Shown here piece by piece: positions 1 to 8,497 of a stretch of 20,000 bases of DNA (within the stretch, counting starts at the first letter, position 1; every line of letters begins with the position of its first letter). This stretch comes from an uncultured virus (IMG/VR IMGVR_UViG_3300031087_000494) (lineage: Duplodnaviria > Heunggongvirae > Uroviricota > Caudoviricetes). The position numbers were made by a program, and so were the translations under genes. The stretch is taken from the IMG/VR virus record IMGVR_UViG_3300031087_000494; one strand, given 5' to 3'. The notes beneath the pieces are model-generated. The model saw only the letters and a program-made list of their open reading frames with translations. It searched no databases and was not told the DNA's origin.

Positions 1-1
1 C

Positions 2-235
2 GAGACCATCTCCGACGCTGAGCTCTTCGTGGTGCTCTACTGGCCCGATCCCAGCCACCATGTGCCCGAGGTCAAGGGACCCTACTTCAGCAACGACCAC
101 GCCCTGAGCGTTCGGGACAATCTTCGCTCGATTCAGAAGCGGGAAGAGAAGATGGCTCAGGCTATGCCCCTCGCTCGCTATCCCCACGGAAAGAACTCCC
201 ACGACCGGGGTGAGCTCACTCGTTTCAGCGGTTGA
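2..235 (+). CDS. 3' end of a hypothetical protein (truncated by window start)
   Basis: Frame is open from position 2 (ETISDAELFVVLYWPDP...) to TGA 233-235, with the same C/G-ending codon usage as the other genes. The stop overlaps the TTGACA box at 232. Confidence 0.6.
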   Translation, partial: ETISDAELFVVLYWPDPSHHVPEVKGPYFSNDHALSVRDNLRSIQKREEKMAQAMPLARYPHGKNSHDRGELTRFSG

Positions 236-260
236 CAGCAGGACTCTGTCCGTATAGAGT
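232..260 (+). promoter_or_regulatory. SigA/HrdB-type promoter
   Basis: TTGACA (232-237), 17-nt spacer, TAGAGT (255-260), upstream of the 328 ORF. Confidence 0.7.
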
Positions 261-327
261 GGTGCACGATCTCATCCACCACTAGGAGGCCGTAGGCTGC
301 CTCCTAAGCCACAGAAAGGCCGCAGCC

Positions 328-1164
328 ATGCGCGCCATCACTGCTCCCAATTACGGGCTCCTAGGGGTCATGGGCGATGTGCACTCCCACGCACCCTGGA
401 CCCTGCAGGCCATCGAGCGCTTCGCGGCCCTGGGAGTGACTCACATCCTGCAGGTCGGTGACTTCGGAGTCTGGCCCACGGAGACCGGAGAGAACTTCCT
501 CCGGGTTGTGAACCGCAAGCTTCTCGAGCTCGGCGTGCTCATGGTTGTGGTTCCCGGCAATCACGAGAACTACACTCGCCTCGAGAACGAGCTCCGGCCG
601 GCAATCCATGACGGCAGCTTTCTGCAACTTCCGGAGTACGACGGGATCCTCTTCGCTGATCGCGGTCAGCGCTGGAACTGGGACGACACCGATTTCTGCG
701 CCCTCGGTGGAGCCAACTCCATCAACAAGGACAGCCTCGTACCCTTCGTGAGCTGGTGGCCTCAGGAGTCCATCAGCCTCGGAGATGTCTACCGCACGGT
801 GGCCGGCGGTCGAGCCGACATCATGCTCACCCATGAGGTTCCCGACGGTGTGCCCATCGTCCAGGAAGTCAGCCACCACGGTGAGGATCAGGGCTGGAGC
901 CCCGAGGCTCTCGGCTACGCCCAGGATTCTCGGGCCATGCTCCGACAGGCTGTGGACACCGTGCAGCCTGAGCTCCTGATCCACGGCCACTACCATGTGT
1001 TTGCGGATCTCCATGTGGAGCTCGGAGTGCTCGGCACCGACGAGTCCTACGCCATGCGCTCGGTCTGCTTGGACATGGAGGAGACTCCTGGCAACATGGC
1101 TCTCCTTCAGCCCCGAGCCCGCAGGCTCACCAGGTACGACGACTGGATGGCTCAGAACAGCTGA
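328..1164 (+). CDS. Calcineurin-like metallophosphoesterase
   Basis: All five motifs in order: GDVH, VGDFG, GNHEN, LTHE, HGHYH. RBS-like AGAAAGG upstream. Confidence 0.9.
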   Translation: MRAITAPNYGLLGVMGDVHSHAPWTLQAIERFAALGVTHILQVGDFGVWPTETGENFLRVVNRKLLELGVLMVVVPGNHENYTRLENELRPAIHDGSFLQLPEYDGILFADRGQRWNWDDTDFCALGGANSINKDSLVPFVSWWPQESISLGDVYRTVAGGRADIMLTHEVPDGVPIVQEVSHHGEDQGWSPEALGYAQDSRAMLRQAVDTVQPELLIHGHYHVFADLHVELGVLGTDESYAMRSVCLDMEETPGNMALLQPRARRLTRYDDWMAQNS

Positions 1165-1179
1165 GTAGTCCGCAGCGAG

Positions 1180-1208
1180 TTGCCTCTGGGTCCATCAGTG
1201 TGTACGAT
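1180..1208 (+). promoter_or_regulatory. Promoter embedded in a perfect inverted repeat
   Basis: TTGCCT (1180-1185), 17-nt spacer, TACGAT (1203-1208). Confidence 0.6.
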
Positions 1209-1222
1209 GGACCCAGAGGCAA
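1180..1222. repeat. Perfect 17-bp inverted repeat (hairpin/terminator-like)
   Basis: TTGCCTCTGGGTCCATC (1180-1196) and GATGGACCCAGAGGCAA (1206-1222), 9-nt loop. Confidence 0.95.
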
Positions 1223-1246
1223 TTGCCCACGAGATAGGAGACGGAG

Positions 1247-1834
1247 ATGACCAGCTTCGATAGCGCAGCGCTCTGCGCGAAGCGTCCAGTGTTCTATCTC
1301 GACTGGGACGGTGTAGTCAACTTCTTCGGAAGCCGCAATCAGTACCTCAAGAAGGCTGGCTTCGGCTACCTTCGCCGCGGTTCCGCCATGCCCCGCCCCG
1401 CCGACCTGCCACCGGGAGGCCTAAGCTTCGGCCCCTTTCCCCTCAACTGGTCGGCCGAGCTCCTCCGCAAGCTCGCAGCTCTTCCCGTGGACATCGTCTT
1501 TCTGAGCACCTGGCGACACTCCTTCTCTGAGCTCCTCAGCGCAACGCAGTGGGAGCTGGAGAACTACCGGGTCCTCGACTGGACGGATGGCCCCAAGGGC
1601 TCTGAGCACGCTGGCAAGGTGCCCGCACTGGTGGCCGATCAGCTCGCCGATCCCCGGCCCTTCATCTGGGCAGATGACGAAGCTCACAGCTTCTACGGTG
1701 AGGAAGATCGGGCCAAGCTCGCCGGCATCCCCCAGCTCCTCCTTGCCCCGGACGAGGCGCTCGGACTCACGGCCGCCGACTATGCGGCAGTGCTGGATTT
1801 CCTCTACGACCTCAATGCTCTAGGGGAGGCCTAG
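1247..1834 (+). CDS. HAD-superfamily phosphatase (Swiss Army Knife RNA-repair-like HAD)
   Basis: Motif I YLDWDGV, motif II LSTWR, conserved K (AGK), motif IV FIWADDE, C-terminal GLT. RBS AGGAG at 1236-1240. Confidence 0.8.
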   Translation: MTSFDSAALCAKRPVFYLDWDGVVNFFGSRNQYLKKAGFGYLRRGSAMPRPADLPPGGLSFGPFPLNWSAELLRKLAALPVDIVFLSTWRHSFSELLSATQWELENYRVLDWTDGPKGSEHAGKVPALVADQLADPRPFIWADDEAHSFYGEEDRAKLAGIPQLLLAPDEALGLTAADYAAVLDFLYDLNALGEA

Positions 1835-1837
1835 CCC

Positions 1838-4633
1838 GTGACCATCTTCCAGAGGACCGAGGTCTCGGTGGAGGATCTCCTTCGGGAGTTCTATGAGGCA
1901 CCTGACTTCAGCTTCCTCCAGCACTGGGATGGAGAGAGCTCGATCTTTCCTCGGCTCAACGGCGCTCCGATCCGCCCCCTGGACCTCAAGGGTGCGGATC
2001 GGAGCAAGCTCGAGGCAGCGGTCGCATCGGCCCGTCGGCTCGAACCCCTCCTCGCCGAAACCGGTCCCGAGCTCCGAGCGAACCGCGGATCCTTCAGCAA
2101 CTCGATCTCTACCTTCCAGCGCGACGGTGAGCTCTCGGTGGTGGCCATCCCCGTGACCGGGGAAACTCGCCGCAGCCTCGCTGGCTTCCTCCTCGCCCGG
2201 GAGCTCATGGCCTTCGGCAATGCTGAACAGTTCTTCGAAGAGCTTCGAGACCTCGAGGTTCTTGCCGACGGAGCACAGCGCGCGCTGAGCCACAAAAGGC
2301 GCTGGTGGAAGCGCCGGGACGACAGCGATCTCGAGATCGACCTTCGCCGGGCTTCCCAGCTCCTCCTTGCGGCAGAGGCCACCGGGCCCTCCCAGCTCGG
2401 CCGCATCGTCGGCAATCTCGAGGGCCGCATCGCCCTCGCCACGGCGGAGAAGCCCTCCGTGAGCGATTGGCAGCATGCTCTCCTGAAGCTCGAATCAGTG
2501 AGCCAGCTCCCCAAGAGCGCGGTGGTCTCAACCATCGAGATCAGCGAGTCCGGCGAGCTCACGAAGACTCTGGATGCAATCGCTGTGGGCTTCCACCGGC
2601 TCGATCAGCGGCGCATAGTCCTCGAGAACAGCCTGGACACGCTGAAGGCAGCCAAGGTGCAGGACTACGCTCGCAGCTTCAGCCTCGAGAGCTTCGCCCA
2701 GCGAGTCAAGGGCAAGGGCTTCCCCCGCAAGACCCTGGAGCGCATGGTCCTCGATGACCGGCGCCGCTTCAGCGTCGAGGAAGACCGCTCTCCGAGCATC
2801 GGAGATGTGCTCGACCTCGCAGAGCACAGCCCAAGCCTCTTCCGCAACAAGTCCATGGGCTCAGCCCTGAAGCTCCTCCAGGACTTCTTCGAGGATCAGA
2901 AAAACCTGCTCAGCTACCCTCGGCTCACCGACAGTGGCGATGCCTTCGACAGCTTCCTCGTGGCGGCCCACGAGCTCACCCTGGAGCAGACCCGACCCTA
3001 TCCCGTGCGGGCTCAGTTCGATGTGCTCTACAAGCTCCTCCAGGGTTCACCCAACGAGCTCCATCTCATCGGTCGCACCAAGGAGTCCATTTCCAGGCTC
3101 ATCGGCTCTGTCAATCTCTACTCAGATGCTGACAGGCGAGCAAGACTCTCGGCAGAAGCTGAGGTGTCCACGGTGGAGCGCGCTCGAGACTTCTTCCAGG
3201 CGAACCCCGCGAGCTTCCAGTCGGTGCTCTCCAACCTGGGCTTCAATGCGCTCTCCCTGGAGCAGATCTCCGGCTTCCTCGCACCCGAGCTCACCTCGAA
3301 GATCAAGAACCTGGATCTCGACCTCGCGGGCATGCGCTCACAGCTTCGCTCCTACCAGAGCTTCGGAGCCCAGTATGCGCTGAACCAGAAGCGCGTGATC
3401 CTCGGCGACGAGATGGGCCTCGGGAAGACCGTGACCGCTCTGGCCCTCGCCAAGCACCTGAGCAATGAGGGCGCGCAGCGCATCCTTGTGGTGGTGCCCC
3501 TGGCCGTGCTCGAGAACTGGCGGCGCGAGGTGCTCAAGCACACTGACTACACGCCTCGGGTGCTCTACGGAGAGAGCTTGGACGATGATCTCGATCTCTG
3601 GGTGCAGTCCGGTGGGCTGGCTCTGGCCACCTTCGAGAGCATTCAGCGAGTCAACCAGCGGGATGTGCTCGCGGCGCTGAACTCCATCGACCTCACGGTG
3701 GTGGATGAGGCTCACCTGATCAAGAATCCCAGGACCAAGCGCACCCGGGCTGTGGTCCCCTGGCTCGGTGGCTCCGAGCGCGCACTGCTCATGACGGGCA
3801 CTCCCCTGGAGAACAGCCTCGATGAGTTCGTGCAGCTCATCCGCTATGTGCAGCCCAACCTGCAGCTTCCAGAAGACATGCTCGACTATGCTGCCTTCCG
3901 GAAGGCCATCGCGCCGGTCTACCTCCGCCGCAACCAGGTCGATGTGCTCCAGGAGCTCCCTGAGCTTCAGGTCGACGAGGACTTCATCGAGCTCTCTGAG
4001 GCCGATGTGGAGAACTACAAGCGCGCCCTGGCTAAGCGAGATTGGCACGGAGCTCGCCAGGCCCGGGTGCTCGCCGGAGAGAAGTCCTCTACAGTCCAAT
4101 GGATCCAGAGCACCGTTAAGGAGTCCGTGGACAATGGCCACAAGGTGCTGATCTTCAGCTACTACCTGGACACCATCGCCGTGCTCCAGCGCTGCCTCAG
4201 CGAGGATGATCCCTACACTCCGCTCACCGGAGCCCTGAGCTCCAAGGAACGGCAGGAAATGGTGGACAAGTTCACCGAAGCCAAGGAACCAGGCGTACTT
4301 CTCGCCCAGGCCAGCGCCGGTGGAACGGGGCTCAACATCCAGGCAGCATCGGTGGTCATCATCGTCGAGCCTCAGCTCAAGCCCTCCATCGAGGATCAGA
4401 TGATCGGCCGATCCCACCGCATGGGTCAGACCAAGGCCGTCCGGGTCATCAAGCTCCGCGGAGCGAACACTACGGACGAGCGCTGGGTTGCACTTGTAGA
4501 GGAAAAGCGTAAGGTATTCTCTGCGACCGCTGGAATCTCAGATGCGGCCGCCCTCGACAGCGCACTAGAAGGTGCCGGTAGCTCCAGGGAGATCATGGAG
4601 GCCGAGCGCAGGGCCTGGGGAATCGACTCATGA
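1838..4633 (+). CDS. SNF2-family (SF2) helicase/ATPase with long N-terminal extension
   Basis: LRSYQ, GDEMGLGKT, VVPLAVLENW, DEAH, TGTPLEN, YLRR, KVLIFS, GGTGLNIQAAS, QMIGRSHRMGQ. GTG start with GGGGAGG RBS. Confidence 0.92.
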   Translation: MTIFQRTEVSVEDLLREFYEAPDFSFLQHWDGESSIFPRLNGAPIRPLDLKGADRSKLEAAVASARRLEPLLAETGPELRANRGSFSNSISTFQRDGELSVVAIPVTGETRRSLAGFLLARELMAFGNAEQFFEELRDLEVLADGAQRALSHKRRWWKRRDDSDLEIDLRRASQLLLAAEATGPSQLGRIVGNLEGRIALATAEKPSVSDWQHALLKLESVSQLPKSAVVSTIEISESGELTKTLDAIAVGFHRLDQRRIVLENSLDTLKAAKVQDYARSFSLESFAQRVKGKGFPRKTLERMVLDDRRRFSVEEDRSPSIGDVLDLAEHSPSLFRNKSMGSALKLLQDFFEDQKNLLSYPRLTDSGDAFDSFLVAAHELTLEQTRPYPVRAQFDVLYKLLQGSPNELHLIGRTKESISRLIGSVNLYSDADRRARLSAEAEVSTVERARDFFQANPASFQSVLSNLGFNALSLEQISGFLAPELTSKIKNLDLDLAGMRSQLRSYQSFGAQYALNQKRVILGDEMGLGKTVTALALAKHLSNEGAQRILVVVPLAVLENWRREVLKHTDYTPRVLYGESLDDDLDLWVQSGGLALATFESIQRVNQRDVLAALNSIDLTVVDEAHLIKNPRTKRTRAVVPWLGGSERALLMTGTPLENSLDEFVQLIRYVQPNLQLPEDMLDYAAFRKAIAPVYLRRNQVDVLQELPELQVDEDFIELSEADVENYKRALAKRDWHGARQARVLAGEKSSTVQWIQSTVKESVDNGHKVLIFSYYLDTIAVLQRCLSEDDPYTPLTGALSSKERQEMVDKFTEAKEPGVLLAQASAGGTGLNIQAASVVIIVEPQLKPSIEDQMIGRSHRMGQTKAVRVIKLRGANTTDERWVALVEEKRKVFSATAGISDAAALDSALEGAGSSREIMEAERRAWGIDS

Positions 4634-5289
4634 GTAAGGAAACGAGAAGGACTGTGAACAGGACTCGAGCACTCATCGGCAGCGGAGTGATCGCGGCGAG
4701 CTCCATCGGCTCTGCGATCTTCCTCGCGGTGGCTCCCAGCGTGTTCCTCACGGCGACTCCGAGCACCGTCGCCATCGGCCTTGGAGCCATCGGCATCGGA
4801 TCGACGCTCATCGCCTCCCGGTCGAAGAAGAGGGCAGTGGAGAGCTCAGCCGTCAGTGCTCTCACCATGGGGAGTCAGATCTCCGAGGAGCTCCGGGAGA
4901 AGGTCGCTGAGCTCCACGGACTCGCTCAGGTCTACGAGGAGCGCAACAGTCCCCTGTTCCCCGCGGTCAATGGTGTCCTCGCCAATGTGCAGGAGCTCTT
5001 CGAGCGCATGGGTACCCACACCGATGAGCAGTCTGCCCGCATCGCAGGAGTCCGCTACACGGACACGCTCACCAAGCTCAACCGGGCGCTGGGTAGGAAC
5101 TACTACCTCGACATCGAGGCCCATCCGGAGCTCTGGAGCGATCCCGATGGTCGCATGGAGGCAGTGGAGACAGCTGTCAACGCCACCGGAGAACAGATCC
5201 TCCGCAACATCCGAGAGCTCAACAGCAGCCGGGATCTCATCTACCAGCTTTCCCTGGACGCCCTCGAGCGCTCTGCCGCCAACAGCTAA
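4630..5289 (+). CDS. Two-TM membrane protein with helical C-terminal domain, possibly XpaC-like
   Basis: Two N-terminal hydrophobic segments followed by an amphipathic helical region (RYTDTLTKL...YYLDIE). ATGA overlap with the SNF2 stop. The XpaC resemblance is by eye only. Confidence 0.55.
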   Translation: MSKETRRTVNRTRALIGSGVIAASSIGSAIFLAVAPSVFLTATPSTVAIGLGAIGIGSTLIASRSKKRAVESSAVSALTMGSQISEELREKVAELHGLAQVYEERNSPLFPAVNGVLANVQELFERMGTHTDEQSARIAGVRYTDTLTKLNRALGRNYYLDIEAHPELWSDPDGRMEAVETAVNATGEQILRNIRELNSSRDLIYQLSLDALERSAANS

Positions 5290-5297
5290 AGATCAGT

Positions 5298-5326
5298 TTG
5301 CCACAGTTTCGAACTTGGTGTAGGAT
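5298..5326 (+). promoter_or_regulatory. SigA-type promoter
   Basis: TTGCCA (5298-5303), 17-nt spacer, TAGGAT (5321-5326). Inverted repeat AGTTTCGA (5305-5312) / TCGAAACT (5326-5333) straddles the -10. Confidence 0.7.
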
Positions 5327-5367
5327 CGAAACTAACACTGTCCACACCGAAAGAGAGGGAGACAGCT

Positions 5368-5838
5368 ATGGCTGAGATCCTGGACGAGCTCAACAGAGCA
5401 AAGACGGCCGCCATGAAGGCGAAGATCGCAGGTGAAAGCGAGAATGAGAAGCTCCTGGCTGGAATTCGGCTCGGCGTGGTTCGTACGCTCATCGGAGAGG
5501 TCGAGAAGGACTCGAAGCTTGAGAACCCCCGTGGGGCACTCGCCGTGCTCAAGTCCGAGCTCAAGAAGCGCAACGAGATGGCTGATCTTTTCCGGAAGTC
5601 CGGCAAGGACTCTCATGCCTTCAAGGAGCTCGACGAAGCTCGCGTCGTGGAGGAGTTCCTTCCGAAGGCACCCAGCGCAGAGCAGCTCGAGACTGTGATC
5701 GCCAAGGTCATCAAGGACAAGGAGCTCAAGGGCACCGGTGGCAAGGGCATCGGTCCAGTCATGGCTGAGCTCAAGGTCACCTTCGAGGCCTACGACGGCA
5801 AGGTCGCCTCCGAGATCGCTCGGAAGCTCCTGGCCTAG
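5368..5838 (+). CDS. GatB/YqeY domain protein
   Basis: Typical YqeY pattern and length: AMKAK, ELKKRNEMADLF, E..VVEEFLPK, GPVMAELK, DGKVASEIARKLL; 156 aa. Confidence 0.85.
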   Translation: MAEILDELNRAKTAAMKAKIAGESENEKLLAGIRLGVVRTLIGEVEKDSKLENPRGALAVLKSELKKRNEMADLFRKSGKDSHAFKELDEARVVEEFLPKAPSAEQLETVIAKVIKDKELKGTGGKGIGPVMAELKVTFEAYDGKVASEIARKLLA

Positions 5839-5871
5839 AGCGCCATAAGTTTCAGGTCGCTAGAGCCATCA

Positions 5872-5916
5872 AAGGCCGGCACACCCTGTGAAAATGGTGT
5901 GCCGGCCTTCGCTTTT
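5872..5916 (+). terminator. Rho-independent terminator
   Basis: 14-bp stem AAGGCCGGCACACC (5872-5885) / GGTGTGCCGGCCTT (5896-5909), followed by CGCTTTT. Confidence 0.8.
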
Positions 5917-5983
5917 CCCGCTACTTTCGGCACCATAGACTGACAGCAGACTATCTTCAACCCAGCAACTAAGGATCAGAAAA

Positions 5984-6568
5984 GTGCTCCAGTACTCCCC
6001 CGACAAGTTCCAGTGGCTCATGCTCACTGACTCAAGCCCCATCGGCTTCCTTCTCCTCATCCTCGGCCTCGCGCTCCTCGTGAAGATGGCAGTCACGGCC
6101 TACAGGAAGAAGGACGACCGGTCCAACTACCTCAAGTTCGGCATCCCCGGCATCGTTCTGGTGGCCATCGGGGTCTTCCTTCCGAGCTTCGCCAGCACCG
6201 CTCCTCTTGCGGAGGGCGTGGCCAAGAACCTCTCCTCCACCGCGAACTTCAAGGATGTGAAGCTCCTCCATCTGGAGACAGTTTCGGACACTCCTTTCAC
6301 CGAGGGCTCCGTGGTCTTCGTGGGTACCGCCACCGATGTGGACGGCGACCCTCGACAGTTCCGCTACACCCAGTACGCTGACTTCGGCATCTACGACATC
6401 GTGGGCTTCGATAAGCCCGCCGTGGACCTCAAGGACCAGAGCTACCAGGACCTCGAGGACGGCCTCGACAGCCGCAAGGATGACCTCAGCGCCAGTGAGT
6501 CGCCGAAGCCCAGCCAGAGCTCCAGGAGCACCTCGACTCCGACGCCCTCAGCAACTCCCAAGTCCTGA
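5984..6568 (+). CDS. Hypothetical membrane protein
   Basis: Two hydrophobic helices separated by a basic loop (YRKKDDR), a soluble domain and an S/T/P-rich tail. GTG start with AAGGA upstream. Confidence 0.75.
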   Translation: MLQYSPDKFQWLMLTDSSPIGFLLLILGLALLVKMAVTAYRKKDDRSNYLKFGIPGIVLVAIGVFLPSFASTAPLAEGVAKNLSSTANFKDVKLLHLETVSDTPFTEGSVVFVGTATDVDGDPRQFRYTQYADFGIYDIVGFDKPAVDLKDQSYQDLEDGLDSRKDDLSASESPKPSQSSRSTSTPTPSATPKS

Positions 6569-6612
6569 GCATCGGATCCTAGCGGACTCTTGAGCACACA
6601 GAAGGAGAGCCC

Positions 6613-7671
6613 GTGGTTCAGAACCTCATAGCAGTGGCGCTCATCGCCCTGGGAGCGACCTTCGCCCTCTGGCCGGTGCCACTGCGAAAGATCAGCACCT
6701 TCTTCGACACGCTGATCCACGAGGCTGGCCACGGGCTCTCCTCTCTTCCCTTCGGAGCTCCACTGCCCTCGATCACTGTTCGGAAGAACACTTCGGGCGA
6801 GACCCAGTCCGCCATGGGCTACCTCCACCAGTTCCTTCCCCTGGGCCTGGGAGTGCTCACCGAGAAGATCGCGCGCTTCTTGAGCCTCATGGCCGGCTAC
6901 AGTGCGAGCCTCATTCTAGCAGCATTCCTCCTCGTGCTGATTCCTCTCAGAGAGATCCACCTCGAGCCCTGGGTGCTGCTCCTCATTGCTCAGATCGCTC
7001 TAGCAACGCTCCTCTGGACGCTGGTACGGGTCACAGAGAGCCCGCTGACCTTCCTGGCCGTGGCGGCTGGCTTCACCTTCATCTACCTCCTGCTCTTCTC
7101 CTGGAACTGGCTGATCTACGGTGGAGTGATCCTGGGAGCTGTCGTGCTCTTCTTCCTTGCGAGGAGCCTTCTGGCTACGCTGGCAGTGGCCCTCACCGTC
7201 ACCGCTCCTCTGGTGCCCATCGCTGAGCTCACCGTGCTCCAGGGAACCGCCCTGGGGAAGCTCATCGAACCCCTGGGGCTAACGGTGGACATCGCGCTCT
7301 TCTCTCGGGTGCTCTTCGGGGCGCTCCTGCTCTTCCTGGCGCTCTGCTGCAGGAGCTGGCTGAGCTTCGGGCTCACGGCGCTGATCCTGGGCTCCGTGTT
7401 CGGGCTGCTCTTCGTTCCGGGATTGCCCGTGGCCTTCGTGTTCGCCTTCGTGGCTGGGATGCTCACGGTTGCAGGCGTTCGCAGCCTGATGGAGCTCCAT
7501 CGGATCACCTTCAGCGCTACGGCGTCCCACTGGCAGAGCGAACGAGTTGCCACGGACATGGTCTTCGCAGCTGAAGAAATCGGTGGCGATCCTCGCTACT
7601 GGTACTGGGCCCAATGCTTCGTAGCTGGAGTTGGATTCCTTGGTATCGTCGTTTTTGGCTACTTCCTCTAG
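6613..7671 (+). CDS. M50B-like intramembrane zinc metalloprotease
   Basis: TLIHEAGH (HExxH), SGET, AGY, late TD motif; many TM helices. RBS GAAGGAG. Confidence 0.82.
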   Translation: MVQNLIAVALIALGATFALWPVPLRKISTFFDTLIHEAGHGLSSLPFGAPLPSITVRKNTSGETQSAMGYLHQFLPLGLGVLTEKIARFLSLMAGYSASLILAAFLLVLIPLREIHLEPWVLLLIAQIALATLLWTLVRVTESPLTFLAVAAGFTFIYLLLFSWNWLIYGGVILGAVVLFFLARSLLATLAVALTVTAPLVPIAELTVLQGTALGKLIEPLGLTVDIALFSRVLFGALLLFLALCCRSWLSFGLTALILGSVFGLLFVPGLPVAFVFAFVAGMLTVAGVRSLMELHRITFSATASHWQSERVATDMVFAAEEIGGDPRYWYWAQCFVAGVGFLGIVVFGYFL

Positions 7672-7735
7672 GTTCTGTTGACTCATTAGAACTCCTCTCA
7701 GTCAAGAGCAGTAATCAAGCGGCAAGGAGCACAGA

Positions 7736-8410
7736 ATGGCCAAGGGACAGCTACACTCGACCGGAACGGTCTGCAGGGCAGAGATTCGCTGCCCCATCGA
7801 GGACGAGGGTGGTCAGCACTTCGATTCAGTCGATGAGCTCGTGGAGCACACGGCAACGCAGACGGGCACCGATGCCTCTGAGCTTCGAGGCGTGCTCGCA
7901 ACCGGAGTCAGTACCGCTGAAGCTGTTTCGATGGCTAGAGAGGGAGTTCTCGGCAGCGGTACCCCTCAGTCCGTATCCCGGGAGCCTCTGAAGCCCGCTC
8001 AGGTAAAGGAGCTCGACCAGTTCGATCCAGCTGTCCACAGCGTGTTCTCCAACGCTGCTGCTCGGACCGATCCCAATGTGGCCGCTCGAGCACTCAAGAA
8101 GGAAGTTGCCAACGGCGAATGGATGGGCTCGCTCTCCGACGAGCATGCAGACCTCGTGGACTCCAATGCAGATCCCGACTACATCGAGGAAGATCGAGCA
8201 AAGGTAGTAGAGTACGGGGATAGGCAAAAGGCATCCGAGGCTCGACAGGCTGCGATGGCCAAGGAGATGCTCTGGCTTGCTGACAGCGCTCCCAGCTACA
8301 AGGCCCGGCTTCCCAAGGGCGCCCACGGACTCCTTCAGCGTGTTCAGGGCTATGACCACTCAGGCATCTCCATCGGCACGGTGAGGAAGGCACCTGCAGC
8401 CAAGGGCTAG
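7736..8410 (+). CDS. Hypothetical protein with N-terminal H-C-C-H motif
   Basis: RBS AAGGAG. N-terminus LHSTGTVCRAEIRCPIEDEGGQHF. Confidence 0.7.
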   Translation: MAKGQLHSTGTVCRAEIRCPIEDEGGQHFDSVDELVEHTATQTGTDASELRGVLATGVSTAEAVSMAREGVLGSGTPQSVSREPLKPAQVKELDQFDPAVHSVFSNAAARTDPNVAARALKKEVANGEWMGSLSDEHADLVDSNADPDYIEEDRAKVVEYGDRQKASEARQAAMAKEMLWLADSAPSYKARLPKGAHGLLQRVQGYDHSGISIGTVRKAPAAKG

Positions 8411-8427
8411 AGCTGATCTGGCTGAGT

Positions 8428-8457
8428 TTGACAGAACAGCCTCCAGGATGATAGATT
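8428..8457 (+). promoter_or_regulatory. SigA-type promoter
   Basis: TTGACA (8428-8433), 18-nt spacer, TAGATT (8452-8457). Confidence 0.7.
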
Positions 8458-8495
8458 GGTTGAACCGATCTGGCTACTCATCCTGGAGGCTGTTC
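8434..8495. repeat. 18-bp perfect inverted repeat pairing the promoter spacer with the RBS
   Basis: GAACAGCCTCCAGGATGA (8434-8451) / TCATCCTGGAGGCTGTTC (8478-8495). The right arm contains GGAGG (8485-8489). Confidence 0.95.
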
Positions 8496-8497
8496 CC

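Noticed and set aside
5913..5941. Possible promoter with -10 TAGACT before the 5984 ORF
   Set aside because: No credible -35 at 17-18 nt and no extended -10 TG; too weak to call.
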